Of a stretch of DNA of 64,000 bases, positions 36,137 to 46,748 are shown piece after piece. The translations under genes and the position numbers were made by a program. This DNA comes from an uncultured Bacilli bacterium (lineage in GTDB: Bacteria > Bacillota_I > Bacilli_A > RF39 > UBA660). Within the stretch, counting starts at the first letter, position 1, and every line of letters starts with the position of its first letter. The DNA lies in assembly GCA_944350315.1 (NCBI GenBank), contig CALVON010000019.1:6164-70163 (forward strand), read 5' to 3'. The notes below the pieces were generated by a model that was given only the letters and a program-made list of their open reading frames with translations, did not search any database and had not been told where the DNA came from.

Positions 36137-36862
36137 ATGAATTATAATATAAAAATAGATGAATTTGAAGGACCACTTGATCTTTTACTTCACTTAATAA
36201 AACAATCTAATATTAATATTGTTGATATAGAAATTAATAAAATAACTGAACAATATTTAGATTATTTAAATAAGATGGGTGAACTTAATATAAATATTGC
36301 ATCATCATATTTAGTCATGGCTGCTGAATTAATAGAAATAAAATCAAAATCTCTCTTACCTAATCAAGAAGAGTCAAAAGAAGAAGATGAAGAAGAAATA
36401 TCCAAAGAAAATTTAATTAATAAATTGATTGAATATCAAAAATATAAAGATATGGCTACTAAATTTAGAGAATTAGAAACAGAGAGAAAACAAATTTTTA
36501 TTAAACCACCAGAAAAGATTTCTAATTATATAAATGTTAAAGAAATAAATAATAATGATCATACAGTAGATGACTTAGTAGAAGCATTTAAAAAGTTTTT
36601 GGAAAGATTAGACAATGAAAAACCACTTACAACTAAAATAACTAATAAAGAATATAGTATTAAAACAAGAAAACAAAATATAAAGAAAATACTACAAGAA
36701 AAGTCCAAAGTTTTATTTACTGAATTATTTACTGAAAATAATATATCTTTTATTATTGTAACTTTTTTATCAATTTTAGAAATGACAAAAGAAAATGAAA
36801 TTATAATTAAACAAGATACTAATTTTAAAGATATAACAATTGAATTGAAGGTGAAACAATGA
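36137..36862 (+). CDS. scpA: Segregation and condensation protein A
   Basis: FEGPLDLLLHLIKQSNINIVDIEINKITEQYL signature. Followed by scpB with a 4-nt overlap. Confidence 0.93.
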   Translation: MNYNIKIDEFEGPLDLLLHLIKQSNINIVDIEINKITEQYLDYLNKMGELNINIASSYLVMAAELIEIKSKSLLPNQEESKEEDEEEISKENLINKLIEYQKYKDMATKFRELETERKQIFIKPPEKISNYINVKEINNNDHTVDDLVEAFKKFLERLDNEKPLTTKITNKEYSIKTRKQNIKKILQEKSKVLFTELFTENNISFIIVTFLSILEMTKENEIIIKQDTNFKDITIELKVKQ

Positions 36863-37416
36863 AAGGAATAATAGAAGGTTTATTATATGTCCAGGGGGAT
36901 CAAGGATTAACTTTAGAAGAAGTATCGGAGATTTTAAATATTGATTCAGAAGAAGCCAAAAACATTATTCTTTCATTAAAACAAGATTACATGGATGAAA
37001 GTCGCGGTTTGAGAATAAATTATTTAGGAAATTCATTTAAATTAACTACTAAAGAAGAACACAAAGAATATTTTCAAAAATTATTAGAAAATCCTCATAA
37101 TAATACTTTATCCAATCAAGCTTTAGAAACACTAGCTATAATAGCATATAATGAGCCAATAACAAGGATAGAAATAGATGAAATGCGTGGTGTTGATTCA
37201 ACATACGTAATAAGAAGACTACTTGCAAAAGGGCTAATTAAAGAATCAGGAAAAAGTCCCAAACCAGGGCATCCTATTCTATACAAAACAACAGATGAAT
37301 TTTTAGATTATTTTGGTTTGTCAACCAAAGAAGAACTACCACCAATCAATTTGATAGAAGAAAAAAATTTAGAAGAAAAAGATTTATTTAAATCGACTTA
37401 TAAAGAAAAGATATAA
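36859..37416 (+). CDS. scpB: Segregation and condensation protein B
   Basis: IEGLLYVQGDQGLTLEE... and LSNQALETLAIIAYNEPITRIEIDEMRGV. Confidence 0.93.
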   Translation: MKGIIEGLLYVQGDQGLTLEEVSEILNIDSEEAKNIILSLKQDYMDESRGLRINYLGNSFKLTTKEEHKEYFQKLLENPHNNTLSNQALETLAIIAYNEPITRIEIDEMRGVDSTYVIRRLLAKGLIKESGKSPKPGHPILYKTTDEFLDYFGLSTKEELPPINLIEEKNLEEKDLFKSTYKEKI

Positions 37417-37428
37417 AAGAGGGATAAA

Positions 37429-38697
37429 ATGAATATTATTGATATTATAAATAAAAAAAGAATGAAGCAATCACTTACTGATGAAGAAATTAAATATGTA
37501 ATCGATAATTATTTATCTGGGGTAATAAAAGACTATCAAATGAGTTCGTTGTTAATGGCAATAGTCTTAAATGGAATGAATGAGGAAGAGACTTATTCAT
37601 TAACTAAATACATGGCAAATTCAGGTGATAAACTAGATTTAAATTTCCTTGGAGATAATGTTGTTGACAAGCATTCAACAGGAGGAGTTGGAGATAAAAC
37701 AACGCTAATTGTTGCCCCCATTGTCGCATCATGTGGTGTCAAAGTCGCTAAAATGAGTGGTCGAGGTTTAGGACATACTGGTGGAACAATTGATAAACTA
37801 GAGTCAATTCCAGGCCTTGTTGTCAATTTAGAAAAAGAAAGATTTCTAAATCAAGTAAATGAAATAGGCGTAGCAATAACTAGTCAAACAGAAAATATTG
37901 CTTTAGCAGATAAAAAAATTTATGCCTTAAGAGATGTCACTGGAACGGTTGAATCAATTCCTTTAATAGCGTCTTCGATCATGAGTAAAAAAATTGCCCT
38001 AGGGACTAAAAAATTAGTATTAGATATAAAAGTTGGTAAAGGAGCATTAATTAAAAATTTAGATGATGCTAAAACATTGGCCAACTTAATGATCAATATA
38101 GGCAAACAAAATAATATTAAAGTTGTTTGTATTTTGACTAATATGGATATTCCTTTAGGAAATAATATTGGTAATTCTCTCGAAATAGAAGAGGTAATAG
38201 ATATATTAAAAGAAAATAAACAAGGTTCACTAACAGACTTATGTATAGAAATATCATCACAAATGGTATCACTTGGACTAAATATTGATTATCAACAAGC
38301 TAAAGAAAAAGTGTTAGAAAGCCTTTCCAGTAAAAAAGCTTATAATAAATTTTTACAATTAATTGAATATCAAGAAGGATCTTTAGACAAATTACCAAAA
38401 GCAAATAGTAAATATCAGATAAAGTCAATTACAAATGGATATTTAATAGATATCGATGCATATAAACTAGGAGTTTTATCAATGCATTTAGGAGCCGGTA
38501 GAGAAAATAAGGAAGATAAAATAGATTACTCGTCAGGTATTATTATTCATAAAAATATAAATGATTATATAAATTCAGGAGATGTCTTGATGACTCTATA
38601 TACTGATAAATTAATTACAAATATAGATAATACAATTTTTAAAATATCATCAAATAAATTAAAAAATAATCCATTGATATTAGATATCATAAAATAA
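37429..38697 (+). CDS. pdp: Pyrimidine-nucleoside (thymidine) phosphorylase
   Basis: IIDIINKKR...LTDEEI start, HSTGGVGDKT, KMSGRGLGHTGGTIDKLESIPG. Confidence 0.93.
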   Translation: MNIIDIINKKRMKQSLTDEEIKYVIDNYLSGVIKDYQMSSLLMAIVLNGMNEEETYSLTKYMANSGDKLDLNFLGDNVVDKHSTGGVGDKTTLIVAPIVASCGVKVAKMSGRGLGHTGGTIDKLESIPGLVVNLEKERFLNQVNEIGVAITSQTENIALADKKIYALRDVTGTVESIPLIASSIMSKKIALGTKKLVLDIKVGKGALIKNLDDAKTLANLMINIGKQNNIKVVCILTNMDIPLGNNIGNSLEIEEVIDILKENKQGSLTDLCIEISSQMVSLGLNIDYQQAKEKVLESLSSKKAYNKFLQLIEYQEGSLDKLPKANSKYQIKSITNGYLIDIDAYKLGVLSMHLGAGRENKEDKIDYSSGIIIHKNINDYINSGDVLMTLYTDKLITNIDNTIFKISSNKLKNNPLILDIIK

Positions 38698-38777
38698 ATT
38701 CTGATAAATAAAAATATCAGAATTTTTATTGTAAAATTATGTAAATAATTATCAAAATAACTTTTAAATATGATAAA

Positions 38778-41700
38778 ATGATTAAAGAAGGAATGATAAG
38801 TAGTATGATGCAAGAAAAATTATTAAAATTATTTAAAGAAATAGAATTAGATGATAATTTATTGACATATTTCAAAAATGCTTCTATTGAAAAAATTATT
38901 GTCTACGACCAAAGCAAACAACTAGACTTTATAATTAATACTGAAGAAATATTACCCATAGATGTATATAATAATGTCTTATATAAATTGATATCTTATT
39001 TTAGCACTATAGAACTAGTTAGACTTTTTATTAACCCAAAAACAATAGATAATAATTTAATTGAATCATACTTTTTAAATATTTTAAAAACAATATGTCT
39101 AGATAGAGCCAAATATAACATTTTTTTAGAAAGAGAAATAAAAATAGTAGATAATACTATTAATATAAAAACTTATAATAAGGCAGAATGTACAAGTATT
39201 ATTAGCCTAAAACAAGAAATAATTGATAAAATGAAAGCTTATGGTTTTGTTATAGATATAAATATAGATTTAGAACTAGAAGGAGATACTGATTTAAAAA
39301 ATAAAATAGAGTCAGAAAAAGAACAAACAATCACAAAAGTATTTGAAGAAAAAAGAGAAAAGAAAGATATAAATACTCCTAAAGTAACTAATTATCATGC
39401 TAAAAAAAGTAAAGAAATAACTTTAATAAAAGATGTTATATATGAAGTAGATAATATAAATATTAAAGGAACTATTTTTGGAATTGATTATTTTGAATCA
39501 AAAACAGGTTATAAAATTATAACGCTAAAAGTAACTGATTATACTGATAGTATGTATGTAAAAATGTTTACTAAAGATGATGAAGAGTATTCTTTAATAA
39601 AAAAATTATTAAAAGAAGGAAAATGGTATATATTCTATGGAAAAGCCGTCATGGATAAATATGCTAATGAAATAGTTTTTAACACTAGATATAAAGATGT
39701 TGAAGAAACTGAATCTCCACCGAAAGAAAAAATAGAAGATAATGAGCCCGTAAAAAGAGTAGAATTACATGCTCATACTATGATGAGTCAAATGGATGGT
39801 ATAACTAAAGTAGATTTAGGAAAACATACTTGTGAACTAGTAAGTAAAGCTATTGATATAGGATATCGTGGCGTTGCTATTACCGATCATTCGGGATGTC
39901 AAGCATTTCCAATTGCCTATGGAATAATTTCGTCATACAATAAAAAAATAGAAGACCCCGAAAAACATTTTAAAGGATTATATGGAACTGAGCTTACTTT
40001 AGTAGATGATACAGTAAATATTGTCATAAGACCATCTGATTTATCATTAAGTGATTCTACATATGTTGTTTTTGATACAGAAACAACCGGATTTAATGCC
40101 GGCGGAGAAGACCAAATGATAGAAATAGGAGCCGTAAAAATTTGTAAAGATGAAATAATCGACAGATTTGATGAATTAATTGATCCTAAAAGACACATTC
40201 CAGAAAAAATAACAGAGTTGACATGTATAACTGACGATATGGTAAAAGGAAAAGATGATGAAGAAACAGTGACCAAGAAGTTTTTAGAATGGATTGAAGA
40301 CTTACCAGTCGTTGCTCATAATGCCAAATTTGATATTTCTTTCATAGAAATGGCTATAAAAAAATATAATCTTCCAGAATTTAAAAACACCGTTATAGAT
40401 ACGCTAGAATTGTCTCGTGCCATAGATCAAGGATTTGCACGTCATAGTCTATCTGCTTTAGTAAAAAGGTATAATGTTCCTTGGGATGAAGATGCTCACC
40501 ACAGAGCAGATTATGATGCTGAAGGAACAGCTCGTATATTTAGCAAGATGATTACTAAACTAACATCACAAAACATAAACAAAATAAAAGATTTAGATAA
40601 ATTAATAACTAAAGATGAAATTTATAAATTTGGAAGAACATATCATTTCAATGCTATTGCCAAAAATAAACAAGGATTAAAAAATTTATTTAAAATAATA
40701 TCTCTTGCAAACACGACATATTTATATAAAACACCAAGAATCTTAAGAAGTAAATTAAATGAATTAAGAGAAGGATTATTAATAGGAAGCGGTTGCTACG
40801 AATCAGAGGTTTTCCTTGAAGCTCGTTCCAAAGAAGGGCAAGAGTTAACCAATATAATAAATTTTTATGATTATGTAGAAGTTCAACCACCAGAAGTATA
40901 TAATCATTTGATTCAAACTAGCGATTTTGGAAATGAAGAAGAAATAAGACAACACATAAGGAAAGTAATTGATGCTACTAAAGAAGCTGGGAAAATAATA
41001 GTAGCAACAGGAGATGTTCATCACTTTTCTAGAGAAGATAAAATTTATCGAGAAATTATTGTCAATCAAAAAGTGCCTGGAGGAGGAAGACATCCATTAG
41101 CAAAAAGCAACATTCATGACATTCCATCGCAACACTTTAGAACAACTAGAGAAATGCTTGATAATTTTAATTTCCTAGATGATGATCTAGCTTATGAAAT
41201 TGTAGTTACAAATACAAATAAAATATTAGACACAGTCGAAGAAATAGAAGTTATAATTGATACTGGTGGAATTCCATTTTCACCAAGAGTTAAAAGTGAT
41301 GATGGTAAGACATATCTAGATTGTCCACGTGTTGTTACCGATTTGGTATATGATAAAGCAGCATCATGGTATGGAAATCCATTACCTCATAACATAGAAG
41401 AAAGAATCGCTAAAGAATTATATGGTGATATTTTATACAAATGTTGGTCAGAAAAAATCAAAGAACAAAATCCGGATATTAATGAAGAAGAATTAGAAAG
41501 CACTGTTTTCAACAATCTACATAATACCGTTATAGAAGGGTTCGATAGTGTAAAACAACTAATTGGTGAATATGTTGAAAAAAAATGGACTGAAGAAGAT
41601 GGCGAATTGAATGAAAAAAGTAAAGCCAAAAAAGTAAAAAAATTATTAGGAGGTATTATTGGTGGTGGTTTTGACCCAATATATTTGATAGCTCAACGAC

Positions 41701-43439
41701 TAGTTAAACACTCTAATGATGAAGGATATTTAGTTGGTTCCAGAGGATCCGTTGGTTCTAGTTTTGTAGCTACTATGATGGGAATAACAGAAGTAAATCC
41801 GCTCCCAGCTCACTATAGATGTAAAAAATGTCAAAATAGTATCTTCAAAGACGATAACGGTTCAGAACTTGGAGCAACTTATTCAAGTGGCTTTGATTTG
41901 CCAGATAAAGAATGCCCTAAGTGTGGTGAATTAATGTACAAAGATGGCCAAGACATGCCATTTGCAACCTTCCTAGGATTTAATGCCGATAAAGTTCCCG
42001 ATATAGATCTAAATTTTTCAGATTTAAATCAGGCATCTGCACATGAATATACAAAAGTTTTATTTGGCGTTGATAATGTCTATCGTGCTGGAACAATTGG
42101 AACAGTTGCCGAAAAAACAGCTTTTGGTTTTGTAAAAGGATACTTCGAAGATAAAGGAATATTGAATAAAAGAACTTGCGAAATAGAAAGATTAGCTGCA
42201 GGATGTACCGGAGTAAAAAGAACAACGGGCCAGCATCCTGGAGGAATTGTCGTAGTACCAGATTATATGGAAGTTTTTGATTTTACCCCATTTCAATTCC
42301 CAGCTGAAGACGTTACAAGCCCATGGAGAACAACCCATTTTGATTATCACGCGATAGACCAAGATTTATTAAAATTAGATATATTAGGTCATTCCGATCC
42401 AACACAATTGCGACTAATTCAAGATTTGACTAAAACGGACGTTTTAAAAGTCCCATTAGATGATAAAGAGACTATGAGTATTTTTACATCTACAAAAGCC
42501 CTTGGAGTAACAAATGAACAAATTATGTGTCCAACAGGAACCCTAGGAATACCAGAGTTTGGAACTCCATTTACAATAAGTATGGTCGAAGAAACAAAAC
42601 CAACAACCTTTGCCGAATTAATTAAAATATCTGGTTTGTCCCATGGTACAGACGTTTGGTTAGGAAATGCCCAAGAACTAATAAAGAATAATGTTGTTCC
42701 TTTCAAAGAAGTTATTGGGTGCCGTGACGATATTATGGTATATTTAATGTACCATGGAGTAGAACCAATTAAAGCCTTTAAAATTATGGAATTTGTCAGA
42801 AAAGGAAAAGCCTCAAAAGATCCTGAAACTTGGGCTGGGCATGTTGAAACAATGAAGAAAGCAAATATAGAAGAATGGTTTATTGACTCGTGTGCTAAAA
42901 TTAAATATATGTTCCCAAAAGCACATGCAGCAGCCTATGTTATAAGTGCTTTTAGAATAGCATGGTATAAAGTCCATATGCCGGCTTATTACTACGCATC
43001 GTGGTTTTCAACAAAAGCAACTGATTTTAATGTTGAAGCTATGATTGGCGGTTATGATGAGATTAAGAAAGTGTTAATTGAAATTGAAAATAAAGGATAT
43101 GATGCTACTAATAAGGAAGCAGGAATAGCAGAATGTTTAAAATTAGCCTTAGAAGCTACCGCCCGTGGAATAAAAATAGCTAATGTTGACTTATATAAAA
43201 GTAAAGGAACTACTTTTGAAGTCCCTGACGATAAAACAATTATTCCTCCATTTAGAGCCATCGATGGATTAGGAGATGTTGTTGCTAAAAATATTGAATC
43301 AGAAGCTAGAAAACATCCATTTATATCAATAGAAGATTTTCAAAATAGATGTAAAGTTTCATCAACTTTAATAGAAAAAATGAAAAATATGGGATTATTT
43401 AAAGATATGCCAGAAACGAGTCAATTAAGTTTATTTTAA
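38778..43439 (+). CDS. polC: DNA polymerase III alpha subunit, PolC type
   Basis: OB fold, PHP (VELHAHTMMS), inserted DnaQ-like exonuclease (YVVFDTETTG...HNAKFDISF...HRADYDA), Zn module CKKC...CPKC, polymerase core. The true start is probably the MMQEKLL Met near 38805. Confidence 0.97.
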   Translation: MIKEGMISSMMQEKLLKLFKEIELDDNLLTYFKNASIEKIIVYDQSKQLDFIINTEEILPIDVYNNVLYKLISYFSTIELVRLFINPKTIDNNLIESYFLNILKTICLDRAKYNIFLEREIKIVDNTINIKTYNKAECTSIISLKQEIIDKMKAYGFVIDINIDLELEGDTDLKNKIESEKEQTITKVFEEKREKKDINTPKVTNYHAKKSKEITLIKDVIYEVDNINIKGTIFGIDYFESKTGYKIITLKVTDYTDSMYVKMFTKDDEEYSLIKKLLKEGKWYIFYGKAVMDKYANEIVFNTRYKDVEETESPPKEKIEDNEPVKRVELHAHTMMSQMDGITKVDLGKHTCELVSKAIDIGYRGVAITDHSGCQAFPIAYGIISSYNKKIEDPEKHFKGLYGTELTLVDDTVNIVIRPSDLSLSDSTYVVFDTETTGFNAGGEDQMIEIGAVKICKDEIIDRFDELIDPKRHIPEKITELTCITDDMVKGKDDEETVTKKFLEWIEDLPVVAHNAKFDISFIEMAIKKYNLPEFKNTVIDTLELSRAIDQGFARHSLSALVKRYNVPWDEDAHHRADYDAEGTARIFSKMITKLTSQNINKIKDLDKLITKDEIYKFGRTYHFNAIAKNKQGLKNLFKIISLANTTYLYKTPRILRSKLNELREGLLIGSGCYESEVFLEARSKEGQELTNIINFYDYVEVQPPEVYNHLIQTSDFGNEEEIRQHIRKVIDATKEAGKIIVATGDVHHFSREDKIYREIIVNQKVPGGGRHPLAKSNIHDIPSQHFRTTREMLDNFNFLDDDLAYEIVVTNTNKILDTVEEIEVIIDTGGIPFSPRVKSDDGKTYLDCPRVVTDLVYDKAASWYGNPLPHNIEERIAKELYGDILYKCWSEKIKEQNPDINEEELESTVFNNLHNTVIEGFDSVKQLIGEYVEKKWTEEDGELNEKSKAKKVKKLLGGIIGGGFDPIYLIAQRLVKHSNDEGYLVGSRGSVGSSFVATMMGITEVNPLPAHYRCKKCQNSIFKDDNGSELGATYSSGFDLPDKECPKCGELMYKDGQDMPFATFLGFNADKVPDIDLNFSDLNQASAHEYTKVLFGVDNVYRAGTIGTVAEKTAFGFVKGYFEDKGILNKRTCEIERLAAGCTGVKRTTGQHPGGIVVVPDYMEVFDFTPFQFPAEDVTSPWRTTHFDYHAIDQDLLKLDILGHSDPTQLRLIQDLTKTDVLKVPLDDKETMSIFTSTKALGVTNEQIMCPTGTLGIPEFGTPFTISMVEETKPTTFAELIKISGLSHGTDVWLGNAQELIKNNVVPFKEVIGCRDDIMVYLMYHGVEPIKAFKIMEFVRKGKASKDPETWAGHVETMKKANIEEWFIDSCAKIKYMFPKAHAAAYVISAFRIAWYKVHMPAYYYASWFSTKATDFNVEAMIGGYDEIKKVLIEIENKGYDATNKEAGIAECLKLALEATARGIKIANVDLYKSKGTTFEVPDDKTIIPPFRAIDGLGDVVAKNIESEARKHPFISIEDFQNRCKVSSTLIEKMKNMGLFKDMPETSQLSLF

Positions 43440-43449
43440 AAGATAATTA

Positions 43450-43620
43450 TTGACAAGAAATAAAAGAATGATATAATAATAATTAGTTTAAGTCTTATGA
43501 GTGACACATAAGTATTCAGAGAAAAATTTAAAAATTGAAAAGAGCGCACGAAAGTGAAATAAGGTGGCACCGCGGAAATTCCGTCCTTATGTAAAACTTT
43601 TTTGTGCTTTTTAATTAGTA
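43450..43620 (+). promoter_or_regulatory. Promoter plus T-box leader (Asp specifier) of aspS
   Basis: TTGACA (43450-43455), then TGaTATAAT (43469-43477). GAC codon at 43503-43505 within the CTTATG-AGTGACA-CATAAG element. The conserved T-box sequence AAGGTGGCACCGCGG lies at 43561-43575 and is followed by T-runs. The full fold was not verified. Confidence 0.65.
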
Positions 43621-43629
43621 GGAGGATAT

Positions 43630-45375
43630 ATGAAAGAAAATATTTATAGAAACATTTATTGTGGAGATGTTACTTTAGATGATGTTGGAAAAAAAGTAAG
43701 ATTAGCAGGGTGGGTAAATTCTATTAGAAATCTTGGCGGACTACTATTTATCACTTTAAGAGATGAAACAGGGATTATTCAACTTATAAGTGAAAACGCC
43801 GATAAGTATATTAATATTAATAGAGAATCTACCGTAACAGTAACAGGAACCGTTCAAAAAAGAACAGATGATATGATTAATCCCAATATGAAAACAGGAC
43901 AAGTAGAAGTAAAATTAGAAACTCTAGAAATACTTGGAGAATGTGAAAGCGTTCTTCCTTTTGAAATATCTAGATCTAAAGAATCAAGTGAAGATACTAG
44001 ACTAAAGTATCGTTATCTAGATCTAAGAAATGAAGAAGTTCACAACAATATTTTGTTTAGAAGCAAAGTTATTGACTATATTAGAACAATTATGAAAGAA
44101 ATGAATTTTACAGAAATTCAAACCCCAATTATAACAGCAACTTCTCCAGAAGGAGCAAGAGATTTTATCGTTCCATCACGTAAATTTAAAGGAAAATTTT
44201 ATGCATTGCCTCAAGCACCACAAATATTTAAACAATTATTAATGGTTTCTGGCTTTAATCGTTATTTTCAAATTGCACCATGTTTTCGTGATGAAGATCC
44301 AAGAAGTGATAGACTATATGGTGAATTTTATCAATTAGACTTTGAAATGTCATTTGCCACAGAAGAAGATGTATATGATGTCGGCCAAGAAGTGTTTTAC
44401 AAAATATTTACTAATTTCTCTAACAAAGAAGTTAGTCCTATTCCATTTAGAAGAATCCCATATCAAGAGTCCATGTTAAAATATGGAACTGATAAACCGG
44501 ATTTAAGAAATCCATTAGAAATAATTGATATAACTAATATTTTATCATCATCAGAGTTTCCACCATTTAAAAATGCCACAATCAGAACAATAAAAGTAGA
44601 AGAAATAGATAAATCTAATTCTTGGTACAAGCAAATGGAAGAATATGTAAAATCAATCGGAGGAACTTTAGGTTATATTAAAGTTAATGAAGATTTATCA
44701 TTTAAATCATCTTTAGATAAATTCTTAAATGATGAAATAAGAAACAAATTAAAAACAACCCTATCATTAAAAAAAGGAAATGTTTTATTTATTGTAGCAG
44801 ATCCATCTAAAGAAAAATGCGCCAAATTAATGGGTAATTTAAGAATAAAATTAGGTGATGAATTAAACTTAATTGATAAAAATAAATATGTCTTTTGTAT
44901 TATAAATGATTTTCCATTTTATGAATTAAATGAAGAAGATAATTCAATTGCTTTTTCACATAACCCATTTTCAATGCCTCAAGGAGGACTAGATTCTCTA
45001 AATAATATAAACCCACTAGATATAAAAGCATATCAATATGATTTTGTATGTAATGGCTATGAAATGGCCTCTGGTGGTGTTAGAAATCATGATAGAAAAA
45101 TATTAAGAAAAGCTTTTGAAATAGCTGGTTATGATGAAGAAATTGTTAAATCAAAATTTCCATCACTATATGAAGCCTTTAGATATGGTGCACCACCACA
45201 TGCTGGAATGGCTCCAGGAATAGATCGCATATTGATGCTTTTAAAAGATGAAGAAAATATTAGAGAAATGGTTGCTTTTCCATTAAGTGCAAATGGATCT
45301 GATGCCATGATGGGATGTCCTGGAGAAGTATTTGAAAAACAATTAAGAGAAACACATATAAAAATACGTGATTAA
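43630..45375 (+). CDS. aspS: Aspartate--tRNA ligase
   Basis: N-terminal OB (VRLAGWVNSIRNLGGLLFITLRD), class II motifs (FRDEDPRSDR, GGVRNHD, GMAPGIDR), bacterial insertion domain. Confidence 0.96.
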   Translation: MKENIYRNIYCGDVTLDDVGKKVRLAGWVNSIRNLGGLLFITLRDETGIIQLISENADKYININRESTVTVTGTVQKRTDDMINPNMKTGQVEVKLETLEILGECESVLPFEISRSKESSEDTRLKYRYLDLRNEEVHNNILFRSKVIDYIRTIMKEMNFTEIQTPIITATSPEGARDFIVPSRKFKGKFYALPQAPQIFKQLLMVSGFNRYFQIAPCFRDEDPRSDRLYGEFYQLDFEMSFATEEDVYDVGQEVFYKIFTNFSNKEVSPIPFRRIPYQESMLKYGTDKPDLRNPLEIIDITNILSSSEFPPFKNATIRTIKVEEIDKSNSWYKQMEEYVKSIGGTLGYIKVNEDLSFKSSLDKFLNDEIRNKLKTTLSLKKGNVLFIVADPSKEKCAKLMGNLRIKLGDELNLIDKNKYVFCIINDFPFYELNEEDNSIAFSHNPFSMPQGGLDSLNNINPLDIKAYQYDFVCNGYEMASGGVRNHDRKILRKAFEIAGYDEEIVKSKFPSLYEAFRYGAPPHAGMAPGIDRILMLLKDEENIREMVAFPLSANGSDAMMGCPGEVFEKQLRETHIKIRD

Positions 45376-45389
45376 TAAAAAGGAAACAA

Positions 45390-46154
45390 ATGAAAGAATT
45401 AAAAGAAATAGAAAAAGCTATTCAAAAAAAATATCGTAAAGAAATATTTTCTAAATTTGTTAAAGCAGTAAAAGAATTTAATTTAGTACAACCAGATGAT
45501 AAAATTGCTGTATGTATTTCTGGAGGAAAAGATTCCTTTCTTCTAGCTAAATGTTTTCAAGAGTTAAAAAGACACAACAAATTTAATTTTGAATTAAAAT
45601 ATATAGTCATGAATCCAGGATATTCAAAAGAGAGTCTTAATCAAATTGTTAGCAATGCAAAACATTTAAATATTCCTATTGAAATATTTGAAACAAATAT
45701 TTTTGATGTCATAAAAGATTCTGATAGCCCATGTTTTTTATGCGCTAGAATGAGAAGAGGTTGCTTATATTCTAAAGCACAAGAATTAGGATGCAATAAA
45801 ATAGCTTTAGGCCATCACTTTAACGATGTCATCGAGACAATATTATTAAACATGATATATAATGGAAAATTTTCCGGTATGCTTCCTATCCTAGATAGCG
45901 ATCATTTTGAAAACATGAAATTAATTAGACCACTATATTATATTAAAGAAAAAGATATTATATCATGGTCAAAATATTGTGAATTAACATTTATAGACTG
46001 TGCCTGCAAGGTAACAAAGAAAAATTTAGGCAAACGAAAAGAAATAAAAAAATTATCATATCAATTAGTAGATATGTATGAAAATGCTGATATAAATATT
46101 CTAAATTCAATGTATCATGTTAATCCTAATACCACATACTGTGACAAACAATAA
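45390..46154 (+). CDS. ttcA: TtcA-like PP-loop tRNA thiolation ATPase
   Basis: PP-loop SGGKDS in VCISGGKDSF, Cys cluster CFLCARMRRG, later CAC. Confidence 0.75.
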   Translation: MKELKEIEKAIQKKYRKEIFSKFVKAVKEFNLVQPDDKIAVCISGGKDSFLLAKCFQELKRHNKFNFELKYIVMNPGYSKESLNQIVSNAKHLNIPIEIFETNIFDVIKDSDSPCFLCARMRRGCLYSKAQELGCNKIALGHHFNDVIETILLNMIYNGKFSGMLPILDSDHFENMKLIRPLYYIKEKDIISWSKYCELTFIDCACKVTKKNLGKRKEIKKLSYQLVDMYENADINILNSMYHVNPNTTYCDKQ

Positions 46155-46748
46155 TTATTAATAAATATAAAAATGGCCTCTAGGCATTTTACTTAAAGGC
46201 CACTTTTATTATGCCTAAATTATAACATATTCGTAGGTTTATGTGTGTATTTAGATTGCAAAACATTCTAAGATAATTTATGCATTATTCACTATAGTGA
46301 AAAAAATTTTATGAATGCATTAATTATAGGTAGTTTCGGTTATAATTGAATCAATAACAAATATCTAATCATACAGACAGTAATTATAACAATGGAGATA
46401 ATAATTTAAGTAATGGATTTACAAAAAAACTTTTTGAACATTTCTATTGAAATGAATATGAGCTATGATAAGAATGGCAGAAATGCTATAGTAGTGAATT
46501 GATTAAACCAGAAAATAAAACATTATCTATCATCATAAAAGAAACGCATGAATTTAATGACTGAAAACAAGCAAAAGAGGAGACACAAAAGTAAATAATT
46601 AAATAACTTTTTTAATTACATTATATATGCATACTGGAAATATAATATATAAATTTGTATTTTAATTTAACATAACAAAGCAAAAAATAAAGTAATTGAA
46701 AAAAATTACTTTTTTTAGTATAATGAAATAAAATAGAAAGGGGATAGT

